Shown here in pieces: positions 62,946 to 64,000 of a DNA stretch of 64,000 nt (its first letter is position 1; each line of letters begins with the position of its first letter). The position numbers and the translations under genes were made by a program. The stretch lies in contig OX597832.1 of assembly GCA_951406725.2 (NCBI GenBank), forward strand, positions 21,948,001-22,012,000. The letters run 5' to 3'. Under the pieces are notes generated by a model. That model saw nothing but the letters and a program-made list of their open reading frames with translations. It was not told where the DNA came from and searched no databases. This DNA is from Octopus vulgaris (taxonomy: Eukaryota).

Positions 62946-63877
62946 GTTTTTCTATCTGGAACTCAATCTGGTATTATGTACACAAAGAGAAGTAAGACAT
63001 CTAATGGTTGTTGGCGATCGCAACTGTTGAAACATGGTGGAGGTGTAAGTATTAAAAGTGTTTCCATCTCTGAAGAGGAGATTAATGACTCTCTGAAATA
63101 TAACCATCACAGCTGTTAGCACATCTACAAATAACTCGTTATAGACATGAAAATTCTTATCTTCAATCACTTTGACACATGACTCCAACGGTCTCCCACC
63201 CACAACCCACCGCCGCCTCCTTCAAAGAGGGAAAGAATGGAAAATGTAGATTAAAAGGTTTTAAATCGGAAGAAAATATTAAAAAAAAAAAAGAGTCAAG
63301 CCAAAGTTGAAAACGTTATGACGGTGAAGAGAACACGCCGGAAGAATACGACTGAAATAGCTGTCGTTCTTGACAACGCTGCCATAACGGATATCAATAA
63401 AGTCCGTAAATATTAAATAAATACGAATTATTAATAGACAATAAAGTAATTCAAAGTAGCTTTCATATTGCAACGGACTTCAATTGAACATCAAATGTAT
63501 TGATTGATTTTCCACCAAAGAACAAAGCCAATTCCGGGACGAGGAAGGAAGAACGGATTCTACTAATTGAGATCCTTACCCAACACGCAAAATATTCCTG
63601 GTGGGGTTTTAGGTGTTTTTGTCACTAAGCAGCTCCTAACAAGACAAATCTGTAGATGGGGTTTCAATCTCATTTAGCAGCTTTCTTTTCATCTGTTCAG
63701 AAAAATGCCTTCAGAAAAATGATGTAGCTTATTTTCGAGCAGAGAAGCTGACATAATACGTAGTGTAGACACATTCAAACATTGTCACTATCTTTCCAAA
63801 TCCTGCTGCTTTTCACAGGGCATTTTGGGTCCCCCAAAGTTGTCCTGGTGGATAAGTAAACCTATCATTTTTGGATA

Positions 63878-64000
63878 ACTCTTTTACTTGTTTCAGTCAT
63901 TTGACTGTGGCCATGCTGGAGCACCGCCTTTGGTCAAGCAAATCGACCCCAGGACATATTCTTTGTAAGCCTAGTACTTATTCTATTGGTCTCTTTTTCC
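63878..64000 (-). mobile_element. SINE family A 3' end (runs off the window)
   Basis: CTCTTTTACTTGTTTCAGTCATTTGACTGTGGCCATGCTGGAGCACCGCC. Confidence 0.88.

Noticed and set aside
62952-63800. Unique sequence with short ORFs (62952..63203 minus; a ~54-codon + frame)
   Set aside because: No recognisable domain or clear splice signals, so a CDS cannot be supported.

Overview
Eukaryotic, AT-rich, repeat-saturated DNA that is intronic or intergenic. The tRNA-headed SINE families, RTE-LINE 3' ends with (GAT)n tails and the very high microsatellite load point to an octopus or other coleoid cephalopod genome (inference from repeat content only). I find no convincing host protein-coding gene. Almost every ORF in the track is a microsatellite or SINE read-through. 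The recognisable coding remnants are retrotransposon C-termini: RTE (several), CR1 (19522-19975) and R4/Dong-type (9005-9240). Also present are a Helentron-type non-autonomous element, hAT-like and piggyBac-like MITEs, and modular SINEs that swap heads and tails. The main hidden signal is nine type-I hammerhead-ribozyme (HHR) motifs from several distinct small non-coding elements. One intact-looking minimal HHR lies in a 379-bp insertion with a 10-bp TSD and 26-nt terminal redundancy (353-nt unit), the structure expected from a reverse-transcribed circular RNA (retrozyme). A second HHR has a long loop-2 insert, and two more form a head-to-head palindrome. Seven of the HHR copies end with their 3' side against a (TA)n tract. 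Other oddities are a twin-priming-type 5'-inverted RTE insertion and an interleaved double inverted repeat. All coordinates were read by eye and may be off by a few bases.
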